The position numbers and the translations under genes were made by a program. A DNA stretch of 64,000 nucleotides from an uncultured Verrucomicrobiae bacterium (lineage in GTDB: Bacteria > Verrucomicrobiota > Verrucomicrobiia > Chthoniobacterales > UBA10450). The notes beneath the pieces are model-generated. The model was given only the letters and a program-made list of their open reading frames with translations, was not told the origin of the DNA and did no database searches. This document shows, one piece after another, positions 1 to 10,580 of this stretch. The stretch lies in assembly GCA_963815455.1 (NCBI GenBank), contig CAWFGO010000005.1, forward strand, positions 64,001-128,000, given 5' to 3'. Each line of letters opens with the position of its first letter. Position 1 is the stretch's first letter.

Positions 1-50
1 TAAGATGGTCAGGGAGTCGGGAAACGGTTCGGCTGCCTCGCCAACGAACA

Positions 51-2516
51 ATGAATAATTTTACACCCCGCGCTCAACAGGTCCTGGCCCTTGCCCGCAA
101 GGAGGCCGACCGATTCAATCACAACTACGTGGGCACCGAGCATCTGCTGCTGGGATTGATCAAGCTGGGGCAGGGGGTTGCGGTCAACGTTTTGCAAAAG
201 GTCGGCCTCGATTTGGAGACCGTGCGGATGGAAGTCGAGAAGCAGGTCGGCTCCGGGCCGGAAACGAAAATGGTCGGCAACATCCCGTACACGCCGCGGG
301 TGAAAAAGGTTCTGGCGCTGGCGGGCAAGGAAGCCAAGGCGCTCAATCACTCCTACGTCGGCACCGAGCACATTTTGCTGGGACTACTGCGTGAAGGCGA
401 AGGGGTGGCTGCGCGTGTGCTCAAGAGCCTCGAAGTCGATATCAATCGGACCCGCGACGAAATTCAAAAAGAGCTCGACCCGAATTTTATGCCTTCGGAA
501 TCCGAAGAGGGCGAGGCGCCGACCAAGAAAGATGTAAAGACGCCGGCTCTCCGCGCGTTTGGCCGCGATCTCACCGAGCTGGCGAAAAAGAGCGAGCTGG
601 ATCCGGTGATTGGCCGGCATAACGAAATCGAGCGCGTGATTCAAGTGCTTTGCCGCCGGACTAAGAACAATCCGGTGCTGATTGGCGAAGCGGGCGTCGG
701 CAAGACGGCGATTGCCGAAGGACTGGCGCAGGAAATCGCCAGCGGCAACGTTCCCGAGCTATTGCGTGATAAACGAGTGATCACTCTCGATCTCGCGTTG
801 ATGGTGGCCGGGACGAAATACCGCGGTCAATTCGAAGAGCGGATCAAAGCGGTGATGGACGAGATTCGACGCTCGAAGAACGTGATTCTTTTTATCGATG
901 AGTTGCACACGATTGTGGGCGCCGGTTCGGCCGAGGGCGCGATGGACGCTTCGAACATCATCAAGCCGGCGCTGAGCCGCGGCGAATTACAATGCGTCGG
1001 CGCGACCACGATGAACGAATATCGGAAGTACATCGAGAAGGACGCCGCACTGGAGCGCCGTTTTCAGACCGTGAAGGTCGATGCGCCCACGATCGATGAA
1101 GCGATTCAGATTTTGAAAGGGCTGCGGCCGAAATACGAAGCGCACCACAAAGCCAAGCTCACCGACGAAGCGCTCGAAACTGCCGTCCGGTTTTCCGATC
1201 GTTATATCACCGGACGTTTTCTCCCTGATAAAGCAATCGACGTGATGGACGAAGCCGGCGCGCGCGCCCGTATCAACGCCATGACCCGGCCGCCCGACGT
1301 AAAGGAGATCGAAAAAGAAATTGAAGAGATCCGCCTCGAAAAAGAAGCCGCGATCAAGGCCCAGGATTTTGAAAAGGCCGCTTCACTCCGGGACAAGGAG
1401 AAACAAACCAAGGAGCGGCTCGACACGATTTTGGCCAAGTGGCGCGAGGAGCGCGAAGAAAAGGAAGTGGTCGTCACCGCCGACGACATGATGCACATCA
1501 TTTCGAAGGTCACGGGCGTGCCGCTCCAGCGGATGGAACAGGAAGAGACGCAAAAGCTCCTCCGGATGGAAACGGAGATAAAACAGCGCGTCATCGGCCA
1601 GGAAGAAGCGGTTACGGCAATCAGCAAGGCGTTGCGCAGGTCGCGGGCCGACCTGAAGGACCCCAAGCGTCCCATCGGCTCGTTTGTTTTTCTCGGGCCG
1701 ACCGGCGTCGGGAAAACATTCCTCGCCCGTACCCTGGCTGAATTTATGTTTGGCGATTCCGACGCGTTGATTCAGATCGACATGTCGGAGTACATGGAAA
1801 AATTTACCGCTTCGCGCCTGATTGGTTCGCCGCCTGGCTACGTCGGGTACGAAGAGGGCGGCCAGCTTTCCGAAGCGGTGCGCCGCCGGCCGTACTCGGT
1901 TGTCCTGTTCGACGAGATCGAGAAAGCGCATCCCGATGTGATGCATTTGCTTTTGCAGATTCTCGAAGAGGGAAAAATAACCGACTCGCTGGGGAGGAAG
2001 ATCGATTTTCGAAACACGATCATCATCATGACTTCGAACGTGGGCGCGGAGTTGCTGAAGAAGCAAACCGTGATGGGCTTCGGCGCGCCGCGGGATGCGC
2101 AGGACTACGATTCGATGCGCGACAAGATCATGGAGGAAACCAAGCGCGTGTTTAAGCCCGAGTTCCTCAACCGATTGGACGAGATCATCGTTTTCCATTC
2201 GCTGGGCAAACCGGAGCTGCTGCGCATTGTCGATCTTGAAGTGGACAAGGTGCTTATTCGCATCAAGGCCAAAGAGGTTCACATCGAGATGAACGAGAGC
2301 GCAAAAGAATTTCTCATCGAGAAAGGCTACGATCCGCAATATGGCGCCCGGCCGATGCGCCGCGCGGTGGAACGTTATCTCGAAGATCCGCTGGCTGAAG
2401 AATTGCTCCGTGGCAACGTCAAGGCCGGCGATACGGTCCACGTTGTCGCCGAGGGTGGAAAACTCGTGTTCAAGTCGGCCGATGCGAGCGCCGCAACTCC
2501 GGCACAGGCGAGCTGA
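51..2516 (+). CDS. clpC: ATP-dependent Clp protease ATP-binding subunit ClpC
   Basis: Two Clp-N repeats ([11 protein letters not shown]), two AAA+ Walker A motifs ([16 protein letters not shown]), UVR coiled coil, GARPMRR sensor. Confidence 0.96.
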   Translation: MNNFTPRAQQVLALARKEADRFNHNYVGTEHLLLGLIKLGQGVAVNVLQKVGLDLETVRMEVEKQVGSGPETKMVGNIPYTPRVKKVLALAGKEAKALNHSYVGTEHILLGLLREGEGVAARVLKSLEVDINRTRDEIQKELDPNFMPSESEEGEAPTKKDVKTPALRAFGRDLTELAKKSELDPVIGRHNEIERVIQVLCRRTKNNPVLIGEAGVGKTAIAEGLAQEIASGNVPELLRDKRVITLDLALMVAGTKYRGQFEERIKAVMDEIRRSKNVILFIDELHTIVGAGSAEGAMDASNIIKPALSRGELQCVGATTMNEYRKYIEKDAALERRFQTVKVDAPTIDEAIQILKGLRPKYEAHHKAKLTDEALETAVRFSDRYITGRFLPDKAIDVMDEAGARARINAMTRPPDVKEIEKEIEEIRLEKEAAIKAQDFEKAASLRDKEKQTKERLDTILAKWREEREEKEVVVTADDMMHIISKVTGVPLQRMEQEETQKLLRMETEIKQRVIGQEEAVTAISKALRRSRADLKDPKRPIGSFVFLGPTGVGKTFLARTLAEFMFGDSDALIQIDMSEYMEKFTASRLIGSPPGYVGYEEGGQLSEAVRRRPYSVVLFDEIEKAHPDVMHLLLQILEEGKITDSLGRKIDFRNTIIIMTSNVGAELLKKQTVMGFGAPRDAQDYDSMRDKIMEETKRVFKPEFLNRLDEIIVFHSLGKPELLRIVDLEVDKVLIRIKAKEVHIEMNESAKEFLIEKGYDPQYGARPMRRAVERYLEDPLAEELLRGNVKAGDTVHVVAEGGKLVFKSADASAATPAQAS

Positions 2517-2527
2517 AGCGCGGAAAG

Positions 2528-2607
2528 TGTCGTCCTGAGCAAGCGCGAAGGACCTCGCAAATTAACGAAGGCGGCGTGACATTCCTCGCATTCTGCTCGG
2601 AATGACA
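2528..2607. repeat. Palindromic repeat family A (TGTCRTYCYGAGC...GCTCGGAATGACA), copy 1
   Basis: TGTCGTCCTGAGC...GCGAAGGA left arm and TTCCTCGC...GCTCGGAATGACA right arm; related copies at 5282, 18624 and 54855. Confidence 0.75.
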
Positions 2608-4401
2608 AATAATAATGCGCACCAACGCCCATCCTATTGGAACTGGCTTTTTGGCCTGGCTCTGATCGCTGCAACCGTGCTCGTGTACCAGCCGGCCTGG
2701 AACGGAAAGCCGATTTGGGATGATGACATCCACATTACCGTCCCTAGCCTCCGTTCATTGTCTGGATTAACGCGAATCTGGACAGACCCGGCGGCGGCGC
2801 CGCAGTTTTACCCCGTTCTCCACACTGTTTTTTGGCTCGAATACAAACTTTGGGGCGCGTGGCCGCTACCGTACCACCTTGTCAACATTCTCCTTCATGC
2901 GTTTTCCGCGCTGCTCTTGCTAAGAATCCTCCAACGACTTGAAATCCCCGGCGCCTGGCTCGCCGTTTCCGTCTTCGCGCTTCACCCCGTGTTCGCGGAA
3001 TCGGTCGCATGGATATCGGAACTCAAGAATACTCTTTCCGGCGCGTTCTTCTTCGCGACGGCTCTCGCATATTTGCGCTTCGACCAGGGTCGACGACGAA
3101 GCGCATACGTTGTGGCGCTGACGCTTTTCCTAGTGGGTCTTATGGTCAAAACTGTGATCGCAACCTTGCCCGCGGCAATATTGGCGGTCCTCTGGTGGAA
3201 ACGGCGGGGGCTAGCCTGGAAGCGGGACGTGAAGCCGTTGATCCCTTTTTTCGCCGTCGGAATTGCGGCGGGATTTTTCACCGCGTGGGTCGAACGAAGA
3301 TTCTGTGGCGCGGAAGGCAAGGCGTTTGATTTTTCGATGATCGAGCGATTTCTCATCGCCGGACGGGCGTTTTGGTTTTACCTGGGCAAGCTGTTTTGGC
3401 CGGCAAACCTCGTAGTGATCTACCCGCGCTGGCGCGTTAGTCCGACGGCGTGGTGGCAATATCTCTTCCCCGTCGCGGTGCTATTGGTTTTTGCCGCGTT
3501 GTGGATTTGGCGGAAGCGCCTGCCCGCGCTGTTGGCTGCGCTGTTGTTTTTTGCCGTGATGCTTTTTCCGATGCTGAGTTTTTTGAACATATCTTACTTT
3601 AAATTCTCGTTCGTAGCGGATCACTTTCAGTACTTGGCCAGCGTGGGAATTATTGTGTTCGTCGCGGCTGGCGCAGCGGTTTCCATAGCGCGACTGCGAA
3701 ACTGGCAGCGAACGGGCGCGTATGGATTGTGCCTGATTCTGGTGGCGACGTTAGGGGGAATGACATGGCGACAAAGCGTGATATTTCGCGACCCGGAAAC
3801 ATGTTATCGAGCGATCCTGGCGAGCAATCCCGATAGCGCGCTGGCTCACAGCAATTTGGGAAACGTCCTGCTGCGAGACGGACGAGTGGACGATGCAATC
3901 GTGCATGAGACACAAGCGGTGACGCTCCAGCCGGAAAGCGAATTTGCTCACTTTAACCTCGCCCTTGCCCTGTTCGCAAAGGGACGGGTGGACGAGGCGA
4001 TTCTTCATTTGGAAAAGGTTTTGGAAGTAAATCCCAATCATCCACAAGCCTGTTACACCCTTGCCAACATCCTCGCCGACAAGGGAAAAACAGATCAAGC
4101 GATGGCTTATTATCAGCGGACGTTAAAACTTGATCCCCGCTTTGTCGAAGCGCGGGGCAGCCTGGGCAACGTCCTTCTTCAAGAAGGGCAATTCGATGAG
4201 GCCATCACTCAATATCAAAAGATCATTGAGTTCGAACCGCAAAGTGCCACCGCCCATTTTAATCTCGCCGTCGCGCTCGTGCGGAAGGGACAATTCGACG
4301 CGGCTGTCGTCGAGTTAAGGACTGTATTGAGCATTCAGCCTGATTATCCGGATGCCAAGGTACTCTTGACGGACACTCTGGCCCGAAAAGCGCAGCCTTG
4401 A
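2602..4401 (+). CDS. Multi-pass membrane protein with C-terminal TPR repeats (TMTC-like GT-C glycosyltransferase)
   Basis: IWDD motif after TM1, LHPVFAESVAWISE, VADHFQY, tandem TPRs (AHSNLG, AHFNLA). Confidence 0.85.
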   Translation: MTNNNAHQRPSYWNWLFGLALIAATVLVYQPAWNGKPIWDDDIHITVPSLRSLSGLTRIWTDPAAAPQFYPVLHTVFWLEYKLWGAWPLPYHLVNILLHAFSALLLLRILQRLEIPGAWLAVSVFALHPVFAESVAWISELKNTLSGAFFFATALAYLRFDQGRRRSAYVVALTLFLVGLMVKTVIATLPAAILAVLWWKRRGLAWKRDVKPLIPFFAVGIAAGFFTAWVERRFCGAEGKAFDFSMIERFLIAGRAFWFYLGKLFWPANLVVIYPRWRVSPTAWWQYLFPVAVLLVFAALWIWRKRLPALLAALLFFAVMLFPMLSFLNISYFKFSFVADHFQYLASVGIIVFVAAGAAVSIARLRNWQRTGAYGLCLILVATLGGMTWRQSVIFRDPETCYRAILASNPDSALAHSNLGNVLLRDGRVDDAIVHETQAVTLQPESEFAHFNLALALFAKGRVDEAILHLEKVLEVNPNHPQACYTLANILADKGKTDQAMAYYQRTLKLDPRFVEARGSLGNVLLQEGQFDEAITQYQKIIEFEPQSATAHFNLAVALVRKGQFDAAVVELRTVLSIQPDYPDAKVLLTDTLARKAQP

Positions 4402-4411
4402 CGCCGCCCGA

Positions 4412-5287
4412 TCACGCGCGCGGGTGCGCGTTCGCGTAGGCTTTCTTCAAGCGTTCCACGGTGACGTGGGTGTAAATCTGCGTCGTCGACAAACTGGCGT
4501 GGCCTAGCAAGGCCTGCACGCTGCGCAGATCCGCGCCGCGATCGAGCAGATGCGTAGCGAAACTGTGACGGAGTTTGTGCGGACTGATCGAGATCGGGAT
4601 CGACGTGTGGCGCAGGTATCGTTTTAGAATCAGCCAGATCGAGCGAGGGGAGATTCGTGTCCGCGATTTGTTCAGGAAGAGCGGTCCGGAATGCACATTG
4701 GCTGCGGCTCGATAACGCTGGATCGTTTCCAGCGCGGGCAGACCGACTGGACACTCGCGTTCCTTCCGGCCCTTTCCAAAGGCGCGCACCGACTCGGTGT
4801 AAAGATCGACATCGGCTACGTCGAGCGCAGCAAGTTCACTCAAGCGCAAACCGCTCGAGTAAAAAAGTTCCATGATGGCGACATCCCGTAGCGGCATCCA
4901 GGGCGGCGCGGTCCGATTCTTCTCGATCTTGAGCGGCGCGGCCAGCAATTCTTCGATCTGGTTGCGGGTGAGAACCAGCGGAAGTTTTTTATCGATTTTC
5001 GGCAATTGCAGTTCGCGCACCGGATCGCGCCGCAGTTTTTTCCGTTCGGCGAGAAAGCGATAAAACGTCCGGAAGGCCGAAAATTGCAGGCGAACATACG
5101 AGCGTGCCTGTTCCCGTTTCATCAAATCGAAGAGGTAGGCCCGGAAATCGTCGGTTGTGCATTTTTTCCAAGGCGTTTTGTTTTCAGCGCGAAACGCTTC
5201 GAGCGCCTGCCGATAGATCTTGAGTGTGCGCGGCGATGCGTTCCGCTCGACCGCGAGATAACGAAGAAATTCGTTTATTTCTGTCAT
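4412..5287 (-). CDS. xerC: Tyrosine recombinase XerC/XerD
   Basis: LRDVAIMELFYSSGLRLSEL, HKLRHSFATHLL, LLGHASLSTTQIYTH; start placed at MTEINEF. Confidence 0.9.
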   Translation of the reverse strand: MTEINEFLRYLAVERNASPRTLKIYRQALEAFRAENKTPWKKCTTDDFRAYLFDLMKREQARSYVRLQFSAFRTFYRFLAERKKLRRDPVRELQLPKIDKKLPLVLTRNQIEELLAAPLKIEKNRTAPPWMPLRDVAIMELFYSSGLRLSELAALDVADVDLYTESVRAFGKGRKERECPVGLPALETIQRYRAAANVHSGPLFLNKSRTRISPRSIWLILKRYLRHTSIPISISPHKLRHSFATHLLDRGADLRSVQALLGHASLSTTQIYTHVTVERLKKAYANAHPRA

Positions 5288-5364
5288 TCCGAGCGAAGTC
5301 GAGGAATCCCGCGATCCTAGTGGAGAGTATTGCAACGGGATGTCTCGACTCCGCTCGACATGAC
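5282..5364. repeat. Palindromic repeat family A, copy 2
   Basis: TGTCATTCCGAGCGAAGTCGAGGAATCCCG ... CGGGATGTCTCGACTCCGCTCGACATGAC, an imperfect inverted repeat of about 29 bp. Confidence 0.85.
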
Positions 5365-5367
5365 GAG

Positions 5368-5862
5368 CTACTCCGGTTTTTCGATGAGCAAACGAGGTGT
5401 CGCTGCCTGGGCGGCTCCACTCATCTGGCTCCGGAAGATGGGTGGCGGGCTCGCCGAGACCAGTTCGTAATTTTTCAGCACAAACTCCGGATAAATGGAG
5501 TTGCTGGCCGGCTCGTAGACTTTCTCGCCGCTGAAGTAGCCGTAAAGTTTGTATTCGTAGTTGTTGTCGCTGCCGAGTTTCTTTTGCTCGCGGTCCGGAG
5601 CGAGTTTTTCCTTTTCGTTCATCATCACCAGTTGTGCCGTGCTCCAGGGTTGGTTTGGCCGTCGCACGTAGCCCCAGAATTTGAACTCGGGTTTAAAATA
5701 GCGGCGGCCAACGAAGTAATCCCCAGGCGGTTCGGCTGCGATCCTCCGAGCCGCTTCGATTTTCGCCTGTTGAATCCCTTGCGGAACAGTCTCGCATCCG
5801 CCCAAGGTGAGCAGGGCCAGAAAAACCCCGCTGGCAAAAGCAAATCGAACCGTGCTTTTCAT
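5368..5862 (-). CDS. Hypothetical lipoprotein
   Basis: Signal peptide with lipobox LGGC; gene-like ORF co-oriented with xerC. Confidence 0.75.
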   Translation of the reverse strand: MKSTVRFAFASGVFLALLTLGGCETVPQGIQQAKIEAARRIAAEPPGDYFVGRRYFKPEFKFWGYVRRPNQPWSTAQLVMMNEKEKLAPDREQKKLGSDNNYEYKLYGYFSGEKVYEPASNSIYPEFVLKNYELVSASPPPIFRSQMSGAAQAATPRLLIEKPE

Positions 5863-5957
5863 AGTAAGATCGACATCTTCTTACCCATGTTTTGGTTCCA
5901 TGCAATCGCGGCGTTTGTTTTTGCATTGCTCCGGCGCGCTCGTAAACTTCCCGCTTG

Positions 5958-6221
5958 ATGTTGGAGCTTGAAGTCTACGCTGCCGGATTGCGCGATTTGA
6001 ACAAAATTCTGGAGTTGGACCATCAACTCGAGGCGATTCCAGGATTGCGCTACAAAGTCGATAGCAATCACGATATCGTTTACCTCGATCTGGACGAGCC
6101 GACCATCACTTTTCGCGAAATTCGCGCCATCTTTAAGAAGCTCGGTTTGGATCCACGATTTATCGGCGCAATTCCACCCGAGCTGCGGCCAAAGACAAAG
6201 ACCCAACCGCTGAATGTGTAG
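5958..6221 (+). CDS. Small hypothetical protein, possible HMA-like fold without Cys
   Basis: 87-aa ORF heading the mla operon; beta-alpha-beta-beta-alpha-beta-like hydrophobic pattern. Confidence 0.6.
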   Translation: MLELEVYAAGLRDLNKILELDHQLEAIPGLRYKVDSNHDIVYLDLDEPTITFREIRAIFKKLGLDPRFIGAIPPELRPKTKTQPLNV

Positions 6222-6281
6222 GATCCGCGGACGGCGCTTCGAGCGGATCGTAGCCGGACTAGCACAGCCCCCTACTACGGA

Positions 6282-7079
6282 ATGATCGTTCGTTTGTTTA
6301 GCGCGTTGGGTGGACCGGTTCTCGCGTTTTTCCAATACGTGGGCGAGGTCGTGTTCCTGGCGGCGGAAACGGCGAAGTCGCTCTTCACTCGAAGACTGCG
6401 CTGGAAATTATTTCTTAATCAAATCGTGGAGATCGGGCTGCTCTCCCAACTTCTGGTTGTGATCACGGGTGGATTTACCGGCGCAGTATTCGCCGCGCAG
6501 TCCTATTTCCAGCTTAACAAACTGGGAATGCAATCGTCGGTAGGTGCTTTGGTGTCGGTGGCGCTTTGCCGTGAGCTTGCGCCCGTTTTGACTGCGCTAA
6601 TGGTCACCGGACGGGTCGGCGCGGCGATGTCGGCCGAGATCGGCACGATGAAAGTGACCGAGCAAATCGATGCCCTTCGGGCCCTCGCCGTTCATCCGAT
6701 CGATTATTTGGTGGTGCCGCGCACCCTTGCGATGATGATCTCGATGCCGTTACTGGTGGCCGAATGCATCGCGTTTGGGATTGCCACCGGCTATTTCGTG
6801 GCGGTCTACCTGCTCGAGATCAATGGCACTTACTACGTCGCGAACATGGTTCGTTGGACGCAGAGCCGCGATATCATTATGGGTTTAGCGAAGGCATTCT
6901 GCTTCGCCCTCCTTATAGTCTTTATCAGTTGCCACAAGGGACTCACGGCCCGCGAAGGCGCGGTCGGCGTTGGCCGGGCTACGACCGAAGCTGTAGTGAA
7001 TGCGTCGCTGGCGGTTCTCGTGTCAAATTTTTTCCTGACGATGTTCTTGAATATTATTTTTCCGGCAGGATACCAATGA
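6282..7079 (+). CDS. mlaE: MlaE family lipid-asymmetry ABC permease
   Basis: RELAPVLTALMVTGRVGAAMSAEIGTMKVTEQIDAL; GAVGVGRATT. Confidence 0.93.
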   Translation: MIVRLFSALGGPVLAFFQYVGEVVFLAAETAKSLFTRRLRWKLFLNQIVEIGLLSQLLVVITGGFTGAVFAAQSYFQLNKLGMQSSVGALVSVALCRELAPVLTALMVTGRVGAAMSAEIGTMKVTEQIDALRALAVHPIDYLVVPRTLAMMISMPLLVAECIAFGIATGYFVAVYLLEINGTYYVANMVRWTQSRDIIMGLAKAFCFALLIVFISCHKGLTAREGAVGVGRATTEAVVNASLAVLVSNFFLTMFLNIIFPAGYQ

Positions 7080-7888
7080 AAGGGCAACTCGAGGAGCCGG
7101 GCTTCGCCGGGACGGCTGCGCCCCGGTCGATGATCGCGGTTCGATCACTCGCCAAGAAGCTTGGGCAGCAGGAGATCTTGCGTGGAGTCGATCTGGATGT
7201 GACCAAAGGTGAGACGCTGGTCATCATTGGGCGTAGCGGCGGAGGCAAGAGCGTGTTGCTAAAGCACCTCGTCGGTTTGATGAAACCCGACACGGGCGAA
7301 ATCTGGATCGAAGACCAGAACATCGTTGGGATGGGTGAGCGCGAGCTTGCCGGAATCCGGCAAAAGGTCGGGATCTTGTTTCAAGGCGGAGCACTTTTCG
7401 ATTCGATGACGGTCGAGGAAAACATTGCCTTTCCATTACGTGAAGCTGGGGTGCGAGATCCGAGGATTTTACGCGGGAAAGTGGAGGAGATGCTCGAAGT
7501 GATGGAGATGGAGGGTGAACAGGAGAAGATGCCGGTTAGTTTAAGCGGCGGAATGAAGAAGCGGGTTGGCCTGGCGCGATCGATTATTCGGCGTCCGTCG
7601 TGCATCCTTTATGACGAGCCGACCTCGGGCCTGGACCCGGTGGTAGCCGACAGCATCAATCGATTGATTCGGCGCTTACAGCAGCGTTTTGGGGTAACGA
7701 GCATTGTCGTTAGTCACGACATGAAGAGTGCCTTTCACGTGGCCGACCACATCGCCTATTTACACGAAGGGGGAATTTATTTTCATGGCTCGCCGGCGGA
7801 ACTTCAACAGTCTGCCGATCCATTGATTCATGATTTTCTCCACGGACACTCGACTGGGGTGCGAGGAACGATGGATGCTTCCAAATGA
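7076..7888 (+). CDS. mlaF: MlaF family ABC ATPase
   Basis: GRSGGGKS, LSGGMKKRVGLAR, YDEPTSGLDP; ATGA overlap with the mlaE stop. Confidence 0.93.
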   Translation: MKGQLEEPGFAGTAAPRSMIAVRSLAKKLGQQEILRGVDLDVTKGETLVIIGRSGGGKSVLLKHLVGLMKPDTGEIWIEDQNIVGMGERELAGIRQKVGILFQGGALFDSMTVEENIAFPLREAGVRDPRILRGKVEEMLEVMEMEGEQEKMPVSLSGGMKKRVGLARSIIRRPSCILYDEPTSGLDPVVADSINRLIRRLQQRFGVTSIVVSHDMKSAFHVADHIAYLHEGGIYFHGSPAELQQSADPLIHDFLHGHSTGVRGTMDASK

Positions 7889-7943
7889 ACGCAATGCGTG
7901 AAACGGTTGACTGTAGAAGGTCCCGGGGTGGAGAGTGCCTCCG

Positions 7944-8855
7944 ATGAATCGACACGAGCGCGGGCTGGAATTCAAAGTGGGCGTGTTTGTCTTTGTCGGA
8001 TTGTCGATGTTAGCAGCCCTGGTCGTGGAGTTCGGCCGGTTAGGTGAAGGCTTCAAAACATATTATCCCGTTACCGTGCGTTTCACCGACGCGAGCGGTC
8101 TTTTGAAAGGGTCGGATGTTTTGCTGGCCGGCGCCAAGATTGGCCATGTATCCGGTGGCCCCCGCCTTGTTCGAGAAGGGCAGGGGGTGGCAGTGCCGCT
8201 GCGGATCTACGATTATGTGAAAATTCCTCTCGGAAGTAAGTTCGAAGTGGGAAGCTCCGGCTTGCTAGGCGATCGTTTCGTGAGCGTGACGATGCCGCCC
8301 GGGCGCCCGAGCCAATATGTTGCGCGGGATGCCTACATCGAGGGCACGCGCCAGACAGGGATCGACGACATCACACGGGAAGGTGGCGCACTGGCTGTCG
8401 ACATGCGCGAGGCCGTCAAAAAAATCGATGTGACGTTGACGCGCTTAAATCAAGAGGCGTTGTCGTCTGCCAATCTGCAAAACTTGAAGCTGAGCATCGA
8501 ACACCTAAAAGAAGCCACGGGAGCGCTGGCGGAATCCTCGAAGAAGCTCGACGGCGTGATCGAGAAAGCGGATTCCACAATGAGTTCGGCTCACAAAGCG
8601 GCCGACGATATGCAACTCGTTATGGCCGACGCTCGCAAGACCGCGCAGGCGGCGACACAAGTCTTTCGCGACGCGACCGAGGGTAAAGGGGCGCTGGCTG
8701 CGCTTCTCGAGAATCAGGATTTGGCGGACGACCTGCGCGCGTTGATTCATAATTTGCGCATGCACGGCGTTCTATTTTATCGCGACCGCGCATCGAAGAC
8801 CGAGGAGAAAGCCCCAGAGAAAGCGAAACCGGCAGACCGGAGAGGAGGACGCTGA
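7944..8855 (+). CDS. mlaD: MlaD/MCE family protein
   Basis: N-terminal TM, FTDASGLLKGSDVLLAGAKIG, SGLLGDRFV, helical tail. Confidence 0.9.
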   Translation: MNRHERGLEFKVGVFVFVGLSMLAALVVEFGRLGEGFKTYYPVTVRFTDASGLLKGSDVLLAGAKIGHVSGGPRLVREGQGVAVPLRIYDYVKIPLGSKFEVGSSGLLGDRFVSVTMPPGRPSQYVARDAYIEGTRQTGIDDITREGGALAVDMREAVKKIDVTLTRLNQEALSSANLQNLKLSIEHLKEATGALAESSKKLDGVIEKADSTMSSAHKAADDMQLVMADARKTAQAATQVFRDATEGKGALAALLENQDLADDLRALIHNLRMHGVLFYRDRASKTEEKAPEKAKPADRRGGR

Positions 8856-9895
8856 TGACGCCGTTAGTCACCGTAAATCTGCTGCGCGTCCTCTTCGTGA
8901 CGTTTTGCGCGGCGATTGGCGGCATCATCAGCTCTGAAGTTCAGGGGACGCTCTGGCCCGGTGTTTTGGCTGGAGTCATTTTCGGCCTGGCCATCGTGTT
9001 GATCGACCGGCTGCTTAGGGGATTTTCGCTGCGCGCTTTTTCTTCGGCGACCTTTGGTCTGTTGCTCGGGTTGCTCTTCGCCAATCTCCTAATGGCGTCG
9101 GATGTGCTGCATTATCAATCCGACACGATACAATGGATGGCGCGCCTGATTGTGTACAGCGCGTTCGGTTATCTCGGCATGATGCTGGCAATGCGAAGCA
9201 ACCGCGACGAATTCTCACTAATTATTCCGTACGTGCGGTTCGCTCGCGAGACGACTCAACACGAGCCGATCCTGCTCGACACAAGTGTAATCATCGACGG
9301 TCGCATTGCCGACCTGTGCGCGAGCGGATTCCTCAGTCGATCGCTCATTGTTCCGCGTTTTGTGTTGGGCGAATTGCAAGCCCTGGCTGATTCGCGCGAC
9401 CCAATCAAACGCGAACGCGGCCGGCGCGGGCTCGAGATTTTGAATCAGCTTCAGGGCTCGGGCGATATCGAACTCACCATCCACGAGAGCAGCGGCGATG
9501 CGGACCCGGCTGTCGATGCGCGCTTGGTTCGGCTGGCTCGGCTTTTGCAGGCGCGGTTGCTTACAAATGACGCTGCGCTTTGTCAGGTCGCGCACCTGCA
9601 GGCGGTCTCAACGCTCAACTTAAGTGACCTGGCCCGCGCGCTGCGCCCGGTTGTTGTCGTCGGCGAAGAAATCGATATTGCGCTTGTGAAGGAAGGCCGC
9701 GAGCAGCATCAGGCGGTGGGCTATTTACCGGATGGGACGATGATAGTTGTCAACCACGCTCGGGCGCGACTGGGAAAAAGTGCGACAGTGATTGTGGCGA
9801 GCGCGCTCCAAACGGCAGCCGGGCGTTTGATTTTTGCCGAGTTGAAGGAAAGTTCAAATTCGTCGTCCGCTCAAATTATGGAAGTAACCCAATGA
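8855..9895 (+). CDS. Membrane PIN/TRAM domain protein (YacL-like)
   Basis: Four TMs, LLDTSVIIDGRI, RGRRGLEIL, QAVGYLPDGTMIVV. Confidence 0.9.
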   Translation: MTPLVTVNLLRVLFVTFCAAIGGIISSEVQGTLWPGVLAGVIFGLAIVLIDRLLRGFSLRAFSSATFGLLLGLLFANLLMASDVLHYQSDTIQWMARLIVYSAFGYLGMMLAMRSNRDEFSLIIPYVRFARETTQHEPILLDTSVIIDGRIADLCASGFLSRSLIVPRFVLGELQALADSRDPIKRERGRRGLEILNQLQGSGDIELTIHESSGDADPAVDARLVRLARLLQARLLTNDAALCQVAHLQAVSTLNLSDLARALRPVVVVGEEIDIALVKEGREQHQAVGYLPDGTMIVVNHARARLGKSATVIVASALQTAAGRLIFAELKESSNSSSAQIMEVTQ

Positions 9896-10575
9896 TCAAA
9901 CTCACGTCCAACCGATCGCTGCTCCGCGTCGTTCTACTCACTGCGGCGATCTGTATTTCCGCGCTGACAAGTCCGGCCCAGACAATTGACATGACGAAGA
10001 TTGTGTATCGCCTCGCGGGTCCGGAGATTAAGCCAGATTCGCCCGACGCCCAACCGAGGACCGTGTACCGAGCGCAAGACAAGTACCTCCGAATCGAGGA
10101 ACCGCCGAACCCGGCCAAAAAAATGCACATGTTGAAGATCACGCGGGAGCCAGATGCTTGGGCGATCAACCTCATGGATCACACCGCGCAACACCTGCTC
10201 GATCCGGGCCCGACTTTTAATGTGCGAGCACCCATTATCTGGGTGCAGAGACCGCCGGATGAACCGGACCCAGACCGACAATTCATGGCGCTTGAGTTTG
10301 GCAACGAGGAGGCGTTCTTTCGTCAAAACCAGGCCCGCGAGCTGGAGCCGCGTAAGATCGACGGGAAAGAATGCAAAGCTTTAGCAATCAAGACCGATAC
10401 CAGGGAGCTAACGCTGTTGCTCGATCCGGAGACGGGAAAACCGGTTCAAATTGAAGGCACAAAAGGGGGAAAGCCCGATTTTGTTCTGCGCTACGTTTCC
10501 TACGAAACCAATCTCCCCTTCGATCCTTCATTGTTCGAGCCGCCCGAGGGACTCAAGATTACGGAAGCGAAGTGA
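9892..10575 (+). CDS. Secreted hypothetical protein, LolA/outer-membrane sorting-like fold
   Basis: Signal peptide; beta-rich body ending DPSLFEPP. Confidence 0.6.
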   Translation: MIKLTSNRSLLRVVLLTAAICISALTSPAQTIDMTKIVYRLAGPEIKPDSPDAQPRTVYRAQDKYLRIEEPPNPAKKMHMLKITREPDAWAINLMDHTAQHLLDPGPTFNVRAPIIWVQRPPDEPDPDRQFMALEFGNEEAFFRQNQARELEPRKIDGKECKALAIKTDTRELTLLLDPETGKPVQIEGTKGGKPDFVLRYVSYETNLPFDPSLFEPPEGLKITEAK

Positions 10576-10580
10576 TCGGT

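Noticed and set aside
1383..2441. Long antisense ORFs (also 33963-34970, 47393-48232, 55427-56464)
   Set aside because: Shadow frames of well-supported genes in GC-rich DNA; no protein motifs
4412..5287. Tyrosine recombinase as a prophage/island integrase
   Set aside because: Size and motifs match housekeeping XerC/D; no att repeats or mobile cargo nearby
6218..6249. GTAG followed by GATCCGC/GCGGATC hairpin as another REP at a stop codon
   Set aside because: Only a 7-bp stem and no second copy in the window
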